From Gemmatimonadota bacterium (lineage in GTDB: Bacteria; Gemmatimonadota; Gemmatimonadetes; Longimicrobiales; Gaopeijiaceae), in contig JBDHHQ010000064.1 of assembly GCA_039589315.1 (NCBI GenBank), forward strand, positions 1-24,207: a stretch of 24,207 nucleotides of DNA. Direction: 5' to 3'. Under the pieces are notes generated by a model, which made no database searches, was not told the DNA's origin, and worked only from the letters and a program-made list of their open reading frames with translations. A program made the position numbers and the translations under genes. This document shows positions 16,797 to 24,207 of this stretch, in pieces (the stretch's first letter is position 1; each line of letters begins with the position of its first letter).

Positions 16797-17663
16797 CTAA
16801 GCGGGCAGAATGTGCTCGTGCGAGGCCTCTCGGGTGTTCAGATCGAAGGACCAGCCATCGATCAGGAAGTGGATTCGCACGTTGACCACGCAGACGGGCT
16901 GGCCCTCGGAGCGCGCGTAGAGGTTGGAGTACTCCATGTCCGCGGGATCCACCACCGTGATGCTGCCGCTGCCCACGACCTCGAGGCGGTCGTCGGGACC
17001 GATGAAGGCGGCGGTGTCCTCACCGAGACCGAGGCCGACCGCGAAGGGGTTGAGACCCAACGCCGTCATGAGGCGCCCGAGGCGGGCCCGTCGCACGAAG
17101 TGGTGGTCCACCACCACGCGGTTGGTGAGCCCGAGTCCGGGCGCCATGGTCACGAGCCCGCCCTGGGGAAGGAGGCCTTCGCCGCCGAAAGCGATCATGT
17201 GCTCCGACATGAAGCCCGCGCCCGCGGAAGTGCCGGCAACATGGGTCCCTCTCGCGCTGGCGTCGCGGATCGCGCGAGCCGCGGGCGTGCCACCGAGGAT
17301 GGTGGAGAGACGGAGCTGGTTGCCGCCGGTCATGAAGATCCCGTCTGCGTCGCGCAGACCGCGGATCCATTCGGCCCGTTCGCAGTCCTCCCGCCGTGCG
17401 AAGGGAAACGCCCGAGCCGCCCGGACCCCGAGGTCGTGGAAGATCTGCTCGTAGCCCGAGCCCGTGTCATCCAGCTCCGACGCAGTCGGGATGATGGCGA
17501 TCCTGGCTTCGGCCCCGCCGCAAAGATCTGCGAAACGGGAGAGGATCTTCGGATCCCGGAACTTCTCCTCTGCCCCGCCGATGGGCACGATGAACCCCTC
17601 GCGCGTGCCGTCGCGCGTGCGCGCCGCCGAGGGATGGCGCTCTGTGGACTGGGTGCTCGCCAA
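16797..17663 (-). CDS. cphB: Cyanophycinase (peptidase S51), intracellular
   Basis: TTG 17663 with GGAGG upstream. Motifs IGGAEEK, IPTAS, FMTGGNQLRL, nucleophile GTSAGA, DHHF and GLGEDT. No signal peptide; directly upstream of cphA. Confidence 0.93.
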   Translation of the reverse strand: MASTQSTERHPSAARTRDGTREGFIVPIGGAEEKFRDPKILSRFADLCGGAEARIAIIPTASELDDTGSGYEQIFHDLGVRAARAFPFARREDCERAEWIRGLRDADGIFMTGGNQLRLSTILGGTPAARAIRDASARGTHVAGTSAGAGFMSEHMIAFGGEGLLPQGGLVTMAPGLGLTNRVVVDHHFVRRARLGRLMTALGLNPFAVGLGLGEDTAAFIGPDDRLEVVGSGSITVVDPADMEYSNLYARSEGQPVCVVNVRIHFLIDGWSFDLNTREASHEHILPA

Positions 17664-17833
17664 GATCGATGGACCTCCGAATCCGCCAAATGATGTCCCC
17701 GCAGGGCGCGTGCGCTCAACCCCCTCACCCACGGCTCCGGCGTGAAGATATCCCTTTTCCGGGGACAGGTAAGGGGAGCGCCGGACGGTGGCGCCTGTCC
17801 GGGCTGGCCAACCGCTCAGGGGGCGGCCGGTCG

Positions 17834-17864
17834 CGTGCGCCGCTCCTCGCCCGATCCTATCTTC
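17834..17864 (+). promoter_or_regulatory. Sigma70-like promoter candidate for the mmsA operon
   Basis: GTGCGC-N17-TATCTT about 40 nt upstream of ATG 17903. A divergent TATCTT at 17745-17750 on the minus strand faces cphB. Confidence 0.4.
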
Positions 17865-17902
17865 CCCCCTGACCCGTAGCGTCTCCACCACCCGAGGGCA
17901 CC

Positions 17903-19378
17903 ATGACGCTGACCGCTGCATCCGCTTCGACCACGGATCCCGTCGCGAACTTCGTGGGCGGCCGCTGGGTCGGCGCCACGGCCACGGAGTACCTGCCGGT
18001 CACGGATCCGGCTACCGGCGAACGCCTGGGACAGGTACCCCTGTCCACCGCCTCGGACGTCGACGCCGCCGTCGCTGCCGCGCGAGCTGCGTTCCCGGCG
18101 TGGCGCAGCACACCGGCCGTGGAGCGGGCTCGGGTGCTGTTCCGCCTGAAAGGCCTGCTCGACGAGCACAAGGAGGAGCTGGGCAGGAGTCTGAGCCGGG
18201 AGCACGGGAAGGTCCTCACAGAGTGCCTCGGAGAGGTCCAGCGGGGAATCGAGAACGTGGAGCATGCCTGCGGCATCCCCACGCTCATGATGGGCGAGGC
18301 CCTCGAGGACATCGCGCCCGGGATCGACTGCTCCACCGTGCGCCAGCCCCTCGGGGTGTTTGCCGTCATCACCCCATACAACTTCCCCGTGATGATCCCG
18401 CTCTGGTTCTGGCCGTACGCGGTGGCTACGGGGAACACGGTGGTGCTGAAGCCCAGCGAGCAGGATCCTCTGACCCACCAACGGATCGTCGACCTGGCCG
18501 CGAACGCGGGGCTGCCACCGGGAGTACTCAACGTGGTCCACGGCGCGCGCGACGCGGTGACCCGGATCCTGGAGCATCCCGACATCATGGGCGTGTCCTT
18601 CGTGGGCTCCAGCGCCACGGCCCGCCACGTGTACGGCGTCGCGGCGGCCCACGGCAAGCGGGTACAGGCGCTGGGGGGCGCGAAGAACCACATGCTCGTG
18701 CTGCCCGACGCCGACTACGACGTGGCCACCAGGGCACTGATGGGCTCGATCTTCGGATCGGCGGGTCAGCGCTGTCTCGCCGGAAGCGTCGTCGTGGGCG
18801 TCGGCGAAGCCTACGGACCCATCCGGGAGCGCCTGCTCGACGGGGCCCGGGCGCTGCGGTTGGGCCGTGGCCTCGACGAGGGCGTGGACGTGGGCCCGGT
18901 GATCTCGGCGACTCACCGGGAGCGGGTTCGGGGCCTCGTGGACGAGGGCGTCGGGGGCGGCGCGACGCTGGCATTGGACGGGCGGGATGCCACGGTCGAC
19001 GGCCTGCCGGACGGCCACTGGTTCGGTCCCACCGTCTTCGAGGACGTGGCCCCCGACATGAGGATCGGGCGGGAGGAGATCTTCGGGCCGGTGGCGGGCC
19101 TCACCCGGGTCTCGTCGCTGGACGAGGCCGTCGCCCGGGTCCACGAGAACCACTACGGCAACGCGGTCTCCATCTTCACCACCAGTGGCAAAGCGGCCAG
19201 GGAGTTCCGCTACCGGGCCGGCATCAGCATGATGGGTGTCAACATCGGGGTCGCCGCTCCCATGGCGTTCTTCCCGTTCGGGGGATCCAGGGCCTCGTTC
19301 TATGGTGACCTCAAGGCCCAGGGAACCGACGCCATTCAGTTCTACACCGACCGGCGGGTCGTCATCTCCCGCTGGTAG
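17903..19378 (+). CDS. mmsA: CoA-acylating (methyl)malonate-semialdehyde dehydrogenase
   Basis: 491 aa ALDH with ITPYNFP, LKPSE, SFVGSS, GKRVQALGGAKNH, GSAGQRC, EEIFGPV and GVNIGVAAPMAFFPFGG. Confidence 0.9.
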   Translation: MTLTAASASTTDPVANFVGGRWVGATATEYLPVTDPATGERLGQVPLSTASDVDAAVAAARAAFPAWRSTPAVERARVLFRLKGLLDEHKEELGRSLSREHGKVLTECLGEVQRGIENVEHACGIPTLMMGEALEDIAPGIDCSTVRQPLGVFAVITPYNFPVMIPLWFWPYAVATGNTVVLKPSEQDPLTHQRIVDLAANAGLPPGVLNVVHGARDAVTRILEHPDIMGVSFVGSSATARHVYGVAAAHGKRVQALGGAKNHMLVLPDADYDVATRALMGSIFGSAGQRCLAGSVVVGVGEAYGPIRERLLDGARALRLGRGLDEGVDVGPVISATHRERVRGLVDEGVGGGATLALDGRDATVDGLPDGHWFGPTVFEDVAPDMRIGREEIFGPVAGLTRVSSLDEAVARVHENHYGNAVSIFTTSGKAAREFRYRAGISMMGVNIGVAAPMAFFPFGGSRASFYGDLKAQGTDAIQFYTDRRVVISRW

Positions 19379-19393
19379 CACGAGGGAAGGCTC

Positions 19394-20731
19394 ATGCATC
19401 AGACCGACGAATCCACACGAATCGGCGGAGCCGTGGTCGCCCACCGCAGCGCGGAGCTCCAGCGGTCAGAACGGGACCATCTGTACTGCCTCATGCACTA
19501 CTACGAGGACCCCGTGGTCATGGACCACGCCCTGGGCGCGTGGGTCACCGACGTGGACGGTCGGCGCTACCTCGACTTCTTCAGCGGGATCCTCACCACC
19601 TCGTTGGGACACTGTCACCCCCGCCTCGTGGACCGGATCCGGGACCAGGCGGGCCGCCTGGGTCATACGTCCACCCTCTACGTGACGGAGGCCCAGATCG
19701 ACGCGGCTCGGCGGCTGGGGGAGATCGCACCCGGCCGGCTCAGCCATTCGTTCTTCACGAACAGCGGCACCGAGGCCATCGAGACGGCGATTACGCTGGC
19801 CCGCATCGCCACGGGCCGCCACGAGGTGGTGGCGCTTCGGCAGGCGTATCACGGGCGCAGCTCCCTGGCCACGGCGCTGACAGCCCACGCCGGCTGGAGG
19901 CCTCTCGCCAGCTCGGTGACCGGGATCACGCACACCCTGTCCCCCGATCCCTACCGCTGTCCCTTCAGGCAGCCGTGCGACGAGACGTGCGTAGACCGGT
20001 TGGCGGAGGACCTGGTTCAGGTGATCGAGACGACGACCAACGGGCAGCCCGCGGCTCTCATCGCCGAGACCATCCAGGGCGTCGGTGGCTATGTGGTCCC
20101 ACCGGATGGCTACTTCCAACGCATGGCGGAGGTCATCCGTTCGTACGGCGGGCTGCTCATCATCGACGAGGTCCAGGCCGGCTTCGGGCGAACCGGCACG
20201 CATTGGTTCGGGATCGAGCACTGGGGCGTGGAGCCGGACATCATGGTCATGGCCAAGGGCATCGCTGGCGGGATGCCGGTAGCGGCCACCATCACTCGAC
20301 CCGAGATCGCCCGGCGTTGGACCGGGAAGACCATCTCGACGTTCGGCGGCAACCCGATCTGCATGGCGGCCATGGCCGAGACGCTCCAGGTCATGGCAGA
20401 GGAAGACGTGCCGGCGAACGCGGCGGCCAGAGGTGAACAGCTGCGGCAGGGGTTGCAGGCGCTCGGGCGAGAGCACGCCTGGATCGGGGACATCCGCGGC
20501 ATGGGCTTGATGCAGGCCATGGATCTGGTGGAAGACCCCGTCACCAAGGAGCCGAGCCCGGCCAAGGCCAAGGCGCTCATGGAGGCCACCCGGGACCAGG
20601 GGCTGCTCCTGGGGCTGGGCGGCCTGCACGGCCACGTGGTGCGTATCGGACCGTACCTGCTCGTGACCGAGGCAGAGGTGGACGACGCCCTGGGGCGCCT
20701 CGCCCGGGCGTGCGCCGCCATCGACGAGTGA
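19394..20731 (+). CDS. Class III PLP aminotransferase (beta-alanine / AGXT2-like)
   Basis: Motifs YLDFFSGI, SLGHCHP, TNSGTEA, YHGRS, ETIQGVGG, DEVQAGFGRTG, MAKG (PLP Lys), TFGGNP and RGMGLM. Confidence 0.88.
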   Translation: MHQTDESTRIGGAVVAHRSAELQRSERDHLYCLMHYYEDPVVMDHALGAWVTDVDGRRYLDFFSGILTTSLGHCHPRLVDRIRDQAGRLGHTSTLYVTEAQIDAARRLGEIAPGRLSHSFFTNSGTEAIETAITLARIATGRHEVVALRQAYHGRSSLATALTAHAGWRPLASSVTGITHTLSPDPYRCPFRQPCDETCVDRLAEDLVQVIETTTNGQPAALIAETIQGVGGYVVPPDGYFQRMAEVIRSYGGLLIIDEVQAGFGRTGTHWFGIEHWGVEPDIMVMAKGIAGGMPVAATITRPEIARRWTGKTISTFGGNPICMAAMAETLQVMAEEDVPANAAARGEQLRQGLQALGREHAWIGDIRGMGLMQAMDLVEDPVTKEPSPAKAKALMEATRDQGLLLGLGGLHGHVVRIGPYLLVTEAEVDDALGRLARACAAIDE

Positions 20732-20741
20732 GCCGCATCCC

Positions 20742-20897
20742 TTGATCGCCGGCCTCCCGCTGCCGTCCTGGATCCTCATCGTTCTCTCGGTGGGCCTGGG
20801 CCTCGGTCTCGAGCTCTCGTTCTACCGCTCGTATCGCAGGCGAACGGGAGCACAGCGGCGGCGCGGGGCCTCCGGCACGTCCTCACCGAGGCACTGA
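20742..20897 (+). CDS. Small single-TM protein (51 aa), putative symporter accessory subunit
   Basis: Translated by hand: MIAGLPLPSWILIVLSVGLGLGLELSFYRSYRRRTGAQRRRGASGTSSPRH. It fills the gap between the aminotransferase and the symporter, with a hydrophobic helix followed by a basic tail. Confidence 0.6.
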   Translation: MIAGLPLPSWILIVLSVGLGLGLELSFYRSYRRRTGAQRRRGASGTSSPRH

Positions 20898-20903
20898 CGA
20901 CCG

Positions 20904-22379
20904 TTGCGATCCGCCACCATCGTCGGCGTTCTGGTCGTGTACCTGATCGTCCTCCTGGCCATCGGCGTGTGGGGTGGCCGGGAATCGAAGAGCGTCGCCG
21001 GCTATTTCGTGGCCGGGAAGAAGCTCCCCGCGTGGGTCATCGCGTTCAGCTCGAACGCTACGGGCGAGAGCGCATGGCTGCTGCTCGGGCTCACCGGGAT
21101 GGGCTACCTGGTGGGAATCCACGCCTTCTGGATCGTCATGGGGGAGGTGCTGGGCGTGGCCATGGCCTGGGTGTTCGTGGCGCGGCCCTTCAAGGAGTAC
21201 TCGGACCGGTACGACGCGATCACCGTCCCCGACTATCTGGAGGAGCGCTTCCGGGACACCGGCCATCTGCTCCGCTTCATCGGCGTCTTCATCATCATCA
21301 CGATGGTCATGGCATACACCGCCGCCCAGCTCACGGCGTCGGGCAAGGCGTTCGACTCCTTCCTCGGCACGAGCTACGTGGGCGGCGTGCTCATCGGCGC
21401 GGTGGTGATCCTCTACTACACCACGGTGGGCGGCTTCAAGGCCGTGGCGTACAGCGACTTCTTGCAGGGTGTCCTGATGCTGGGCTGCCTGGTCACGCTG
21501 CCCATCGTCGGGATCGCGGCGGCCGGCGGCTGGACGGAGCTCATGGCGGGCCTGGGAGCCCAGGACCCGGCCTTGCTCCGCCCCATGGGTTCGCTGGGCC
21601 TGACGGTGCCGGGCATCGTCAGCGCAGCCGGCTTCCTGGCGGTGGGGGTGGCGTTCCTGGGCTCACCCCAGCTCCTGACGCGGTTCATCGCCGCTCGTGA
21701 CCAGGAGCAGATCGTCCAGGGAGGGCTCTGGGCGGTGCTGTGCATGATCGGCTTCGACACGGGCGCGGTCCTCGCCGGGATGAGTGGCCGCTACCTGTTC
21801 CCCGGCCTCGAGGATCCGGAGACCATCCTGCCCGTCATGAGCGAAGCGCTCTTCCCGGCGTTCTTCACGGGGATCTTCCTGGTCGTGGTGCTCGCGGCCA
21901 TCATGTCCACCGTGGACTCGCTCCTGATCCTGGCGTCTTCTGCAGTGGTGCGCGACCTGGTCCAGCAGGTGTTCCACCCCCACGTTCCCGAGCGACGCCT
22001 GTCCCTCTACGGGAAGCTCGTCACCGTGGTTATCGGCGCCGGTGCTCTGGTCCTGGCCTTGGGCGAAGTCCGGGTGATCTTCTGGTTCGTCCTGTTCGCC
22101 TGGTCGGGCCTCTCCTGCGGGTTCACGCCGGTGGTGCTTTGCTCCGTGTTCTGGAAGGGCACCACGCGGGCGGGCGCCGCGGCGGGCATGGCGGGTGGCT
22201 TCCTGGTCACCGTCCTGTGGGTGATCCTCTTCAAGGCCGCCACCTACGACCTCTACGAGATGATCCCGGGCTTCCTGAGCGGGCTGGCCCTGACGGTGGG
22301 GGTCAGCCTGATGACTAGACCGCCCGAGGGGGCGGCCGAGGAGCTGGAGTCGGTGTGGAACGTGGTCGGGCGGCCGTGA
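20904..22379 (+). CDS. Sodium:solute symporter, PutP-like
   Basis: 491 aa with many TM segments. Motifs YFVAGKKL, ESAWLLLGLTG, TVPDYLEERF, GGFKAVAYSDFLQG, GSPQLLTRF and LAAIMSTVDS. Substrate not determinable from sequence. Confidence 0.88.
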   Translation: MRSATIVGVLVVYLIVLLAIGVWGGRESKSVAGYFVAGKKLPAWVIAFSSNATGESAWLLLGLTGMGYLVGIHAFWIVMGEVLGVAMAWVFVARPFKEYSDRYDAITVPDYLEERFRDTGHLLRFIGVFIIITMVMAYTAAQLTASGKAFDSFLGTSYVGGVLIGAVVILYYTTVGGFKAVAYSDFLQGVLMLGCLVTLPIVGIAAAGGWTELMAGLGAQDPALLRPMGSLGLTVPGIVSAAGFLAVGVAFLGSPQLLTRFIAARDQEQIVQGGLWAVLCMIGFDTGAVLAGMSGRYLFPGLEDPETILPVMSEALFPAFFTGIFLVVVLAAIMSTVDSLLILASSAVVRDLVQQVFHPHVPERRLSLYGKLVTVVIGAGALVLALGEVRVIFWFVLFAWSGLSCGFTPVVLCSVFWKGTTRAGAAAGMAGGFLVTVLWVILFKAATYDLYEMIPGFLSGLALTVGVSLMTRPPEGAAEELESVWNVVGRP

Positions 22380-22475
22380 GAGCGGGGCGAGCGCGGCGGC
22401 GAGCCATGAGTCCCCGAGGCCCCGCTCGGCGCCCGCCCGGATTGTGGAACGACGAGGCGTGAGTGGCACCCACCC

Positions 22476-24185
22476 GTGAGTGACCAGCGTGGGGCGAGCG
22501 ACGGCCCCTCCGGCGACGTGGGCCAGGAGGATCCGGGCGAACCTCGGTTCTCGGCCTGGGACGCGCTCCTGGCAGTGCCGGTTCTGGTTGCCCTGTGGCC
22601 CCTCGTCCGCGGTTGGCCTCGCGGTCACGATTGGCGCCATGAGCTCGTCAAGATCGCCGAGTTCGGACACGCGGTCGGAGCCGGCCAACTGCCGCCGCAT
22701 TGGGCCGAGAACCTCTACGGCGGGCTCGGTTCGACCATCTTCCTCTTCTATGCCCCCGTGTACGCCGCTGTGGCCAGCGCTGCCGGCGCGGCATTGGGAT
22801 CGGTGCCCCGGGGCGGGGTCATCGCACTGATCGGATTCACGATCCTGGGCGCCTACACCATGTATCGCGCGGCTGTCCACATGACCGGCGGTGAGGCCCA
22901 GGCCGGGCGGATCGCGGCAGCCGTCTTCATCCTTCATCCCTATCTGATCGGGGACGTGCTGCTGCGGAGCGCCACCTCCGAGTTCGCCGCCCTGTGCGTG
23001 GTGCCCCTGGCCTTGTGGGGGGTCTTCGAGCTGCGTCGTCGACCGCACAAGGGCGCCGCCCTGCTCGCCGGTGGCCTCGGGCTCACCGTGGTCACCCACA
23101 ACATCACGGCGCTGGTCATGTCCGCCATCGTGGCCGCAGCGGGAGCCTGGCTGTATCGGGGCCGGGGTGAGCGTTCGGCGTGGCCTTGGCTGTTGCTGGG
23201 CATGGGACTGGCGCTGGGCCTGTCGGCGTTCTTCTGGCTACCGGCTCTGGCGCTCAGGGATCTGGTGCAGACCGACAGCATGGTCACCGGTCGGTTCGAC
23301 TTCCGCGAGAACTTCCCGGCCTTCGGCTCGCTGTTCGGTTACTCCCGCTTCTTCGGCGCCGGCTGGCTGGCCGCGCTGATTCTGGCCGCCGGCCTCGCCG
23401 GAGCCCTCCGGTGGCGCCGTGACGCGTCCGCCGGGGCGATCCGCTTTCTGGTCGCCGTCGCCTTGGCGCTGGTCGCGCTGATGACGCCCCTCACCACGGT
23501 CGTTTGGGAGCACACGCCTCTTCTGCCCTATCTCCAGTTTCCATGGCGGCTCCAGGGGCCGTTGGCGGTCGTCACCGGGTTGCTGGCGGCTGGCCTCTTC
23601 TCGCAGCGAAGTCGGCATTGGCCGTCCGGGCGGCGCCACGGCCTCGAGGCGGCGGTCCTGGCTCTGGCCCTCGCGAACTCCCTGCCCCACCTCCTCGCCG
23701 GCCAACCGCTCACCCCCGAGGAAAGAGCCTGGACCGAGGCGGCACTCACCCCGGCAGCCCTGAGCTCCGGCGTCTTCAGGGCTTCCGTCCTCGACGAGTA
23801 CCTGCCCGTCTCAGCCGATCCCAGCGCCCTGGCGGAACGATCCAGCCGCGGAGCTCCGGTGCGAGCCCCCCTGGGAGCGGTGACCACCGTGCACCGGGAC
23901 CTGGGCTCGCGGATCTCGTTCGACGTGGCAGCGGAATCGGAGAGCTGGCTCACCCTCCAGAGGTGGGGTTTCCCGGGCTGGGAGGCCCGGATCGAGGGTC
24001 GGATCGCCGCCACCCGGGTCGACTCCCTCGGGCGGCTTCAGGTCCGTGTCGGAGCCGGCTCTGGCAGGGTGGAGCTGCGGAAGCGCGCTCCCGGGGCTCG
24101 GCGCGCAGCGCTGGTGCTCAGCGCGTTCGCCTGCCTGCTTTGGACGGGCCTCGTCCTGAGTGCCCGGCGTGAAGGGCGCGCGTAG
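22476..24185 (+). CDS. Polytopic membrane protein, PTPS-related / YfhO-like (GT-C-type glycosyltransferase candidate)
   Basis: GHDWRHE, PHWAENLYGGLGSTIFLFYAP, HPY...R...EF, THN, LSAFFWLP, LQFPWR, DEYLP and FPGWEA motifs, with multiple TM helices. Confidence 0.72.
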   Translation: MSDQRGASDGPSGDVGQEDPGEPRFSAWDALLAVPVLVALWPLVRGWPRGHDWRHELVKIAEFGHAVGAGQLPPHWAENLYGGLGSTIFLFYAPVYAAVASAAGAALGSVPRGGVIALIGFTILGAYTMYRAAVHMTGGEAQAGRIAAAVFILHPYLIGDVLLRSATSEFAALCVVPLALWGVFELRRRPHKGAALLAGGLGLTVVTHNITALVMSAIVAAAGAWLYRGRGERSAWPWLLLGMGLALGLSAFFWLPALALRDLVQTDSMVTGRFDFRENFPAFGSLFGYSRFFGAGWLAALILAAGLAGALRWRRDASAGAIRFLVAVALALVALMTPLTTVVWEHTPLLPYLQFPWRLQGPLAVVTGLLAAGLFSQRSRHWPSGRRHGLEAAVLALALANSLPHLLAGQPLTPEERAWTEAALTPAALSSGVFRASVLDEYLPVSADPSALAERSSRGAPVRAPLGAVTTVHRDLGSRISFDVAAESESWLTLQRWGFPGWEARIEGRIAATRVDSLGRLQVRVGAGSGRVELRKRAPGARRAALVLSAFACLLWTGLVLSARREGRA

Positions 24186-24207
24186 GGATAGGTTGGATTC
24201 CCACCGC

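Noticed and set aside
14343..17693. 1116-aa plus-strand ORF
   Set aside because: Antisense shadow of cphA/cphB with no recognisable motifs; expected from GC-rich codon bias.
17816..20779. Long minus-strand ORFs (542 aa and 437 aa)
   Set aside because: Antisense shadows of mmsA and the aminotransferase.
22476..24185. A real pterin synthase, or a glycosyltransferase for the RiPP
   Set aside because: The family name is historical and the protein is polytopic. It lies 12 kb from the cluster beyond unrelated operons, with no evidence of linkage.
1..24207. CRISPR arrays, IS elements, integrases, tRNA or rRNA
   Set aside because: No spaced repeats, transposase or integrase motifs, or structural RNA signatures were seen.

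Overview
High-GC bacterial window with no rRNA, tRNA, CRISPR or mobile element seen; the Big_2 lipoprotein and gene content loosely suggest Gemmatimonadota (inference). Left part (872-10062): a complete, heavily tailored lasso-peptide-type RiPP cluster. It has a 55-aa precursor with a YxxPxVxxxGxxxxxT leader and an unusual 36-aa Thr-starting, two-Cys core, a PqqD/RRE, a B2 leader peptidase, an AsnB-like cyclase with a deviant motif and an ABC exporter. Four candidate tailoring enzymes accompany it: an HPr-kinase-like kinase, an NTP_transf_5 nucleotidyltransferase, a SAM methyltransferase and a FemAB-like GNAT. Sigma54-like promoters precede two of its units and a strong hairpin follows the precursor. 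Middle (10459-17663): a cyanophycin locus with iaaA, cphB, cphA and a CphA paralogue lacking the ATP-grasp domain, interrupted by an Ig-like lipoprotein gene. Right (17903-24185): mmsA, a class III aminotransferase, a small TM protein missing from the ORF track, a Na+/solute symporter and a GT-C-like membrane protein. Start codons were re-picked by eye from SD motifs and stop/start overlaps; family calls come from recognised motifs, not database searches.
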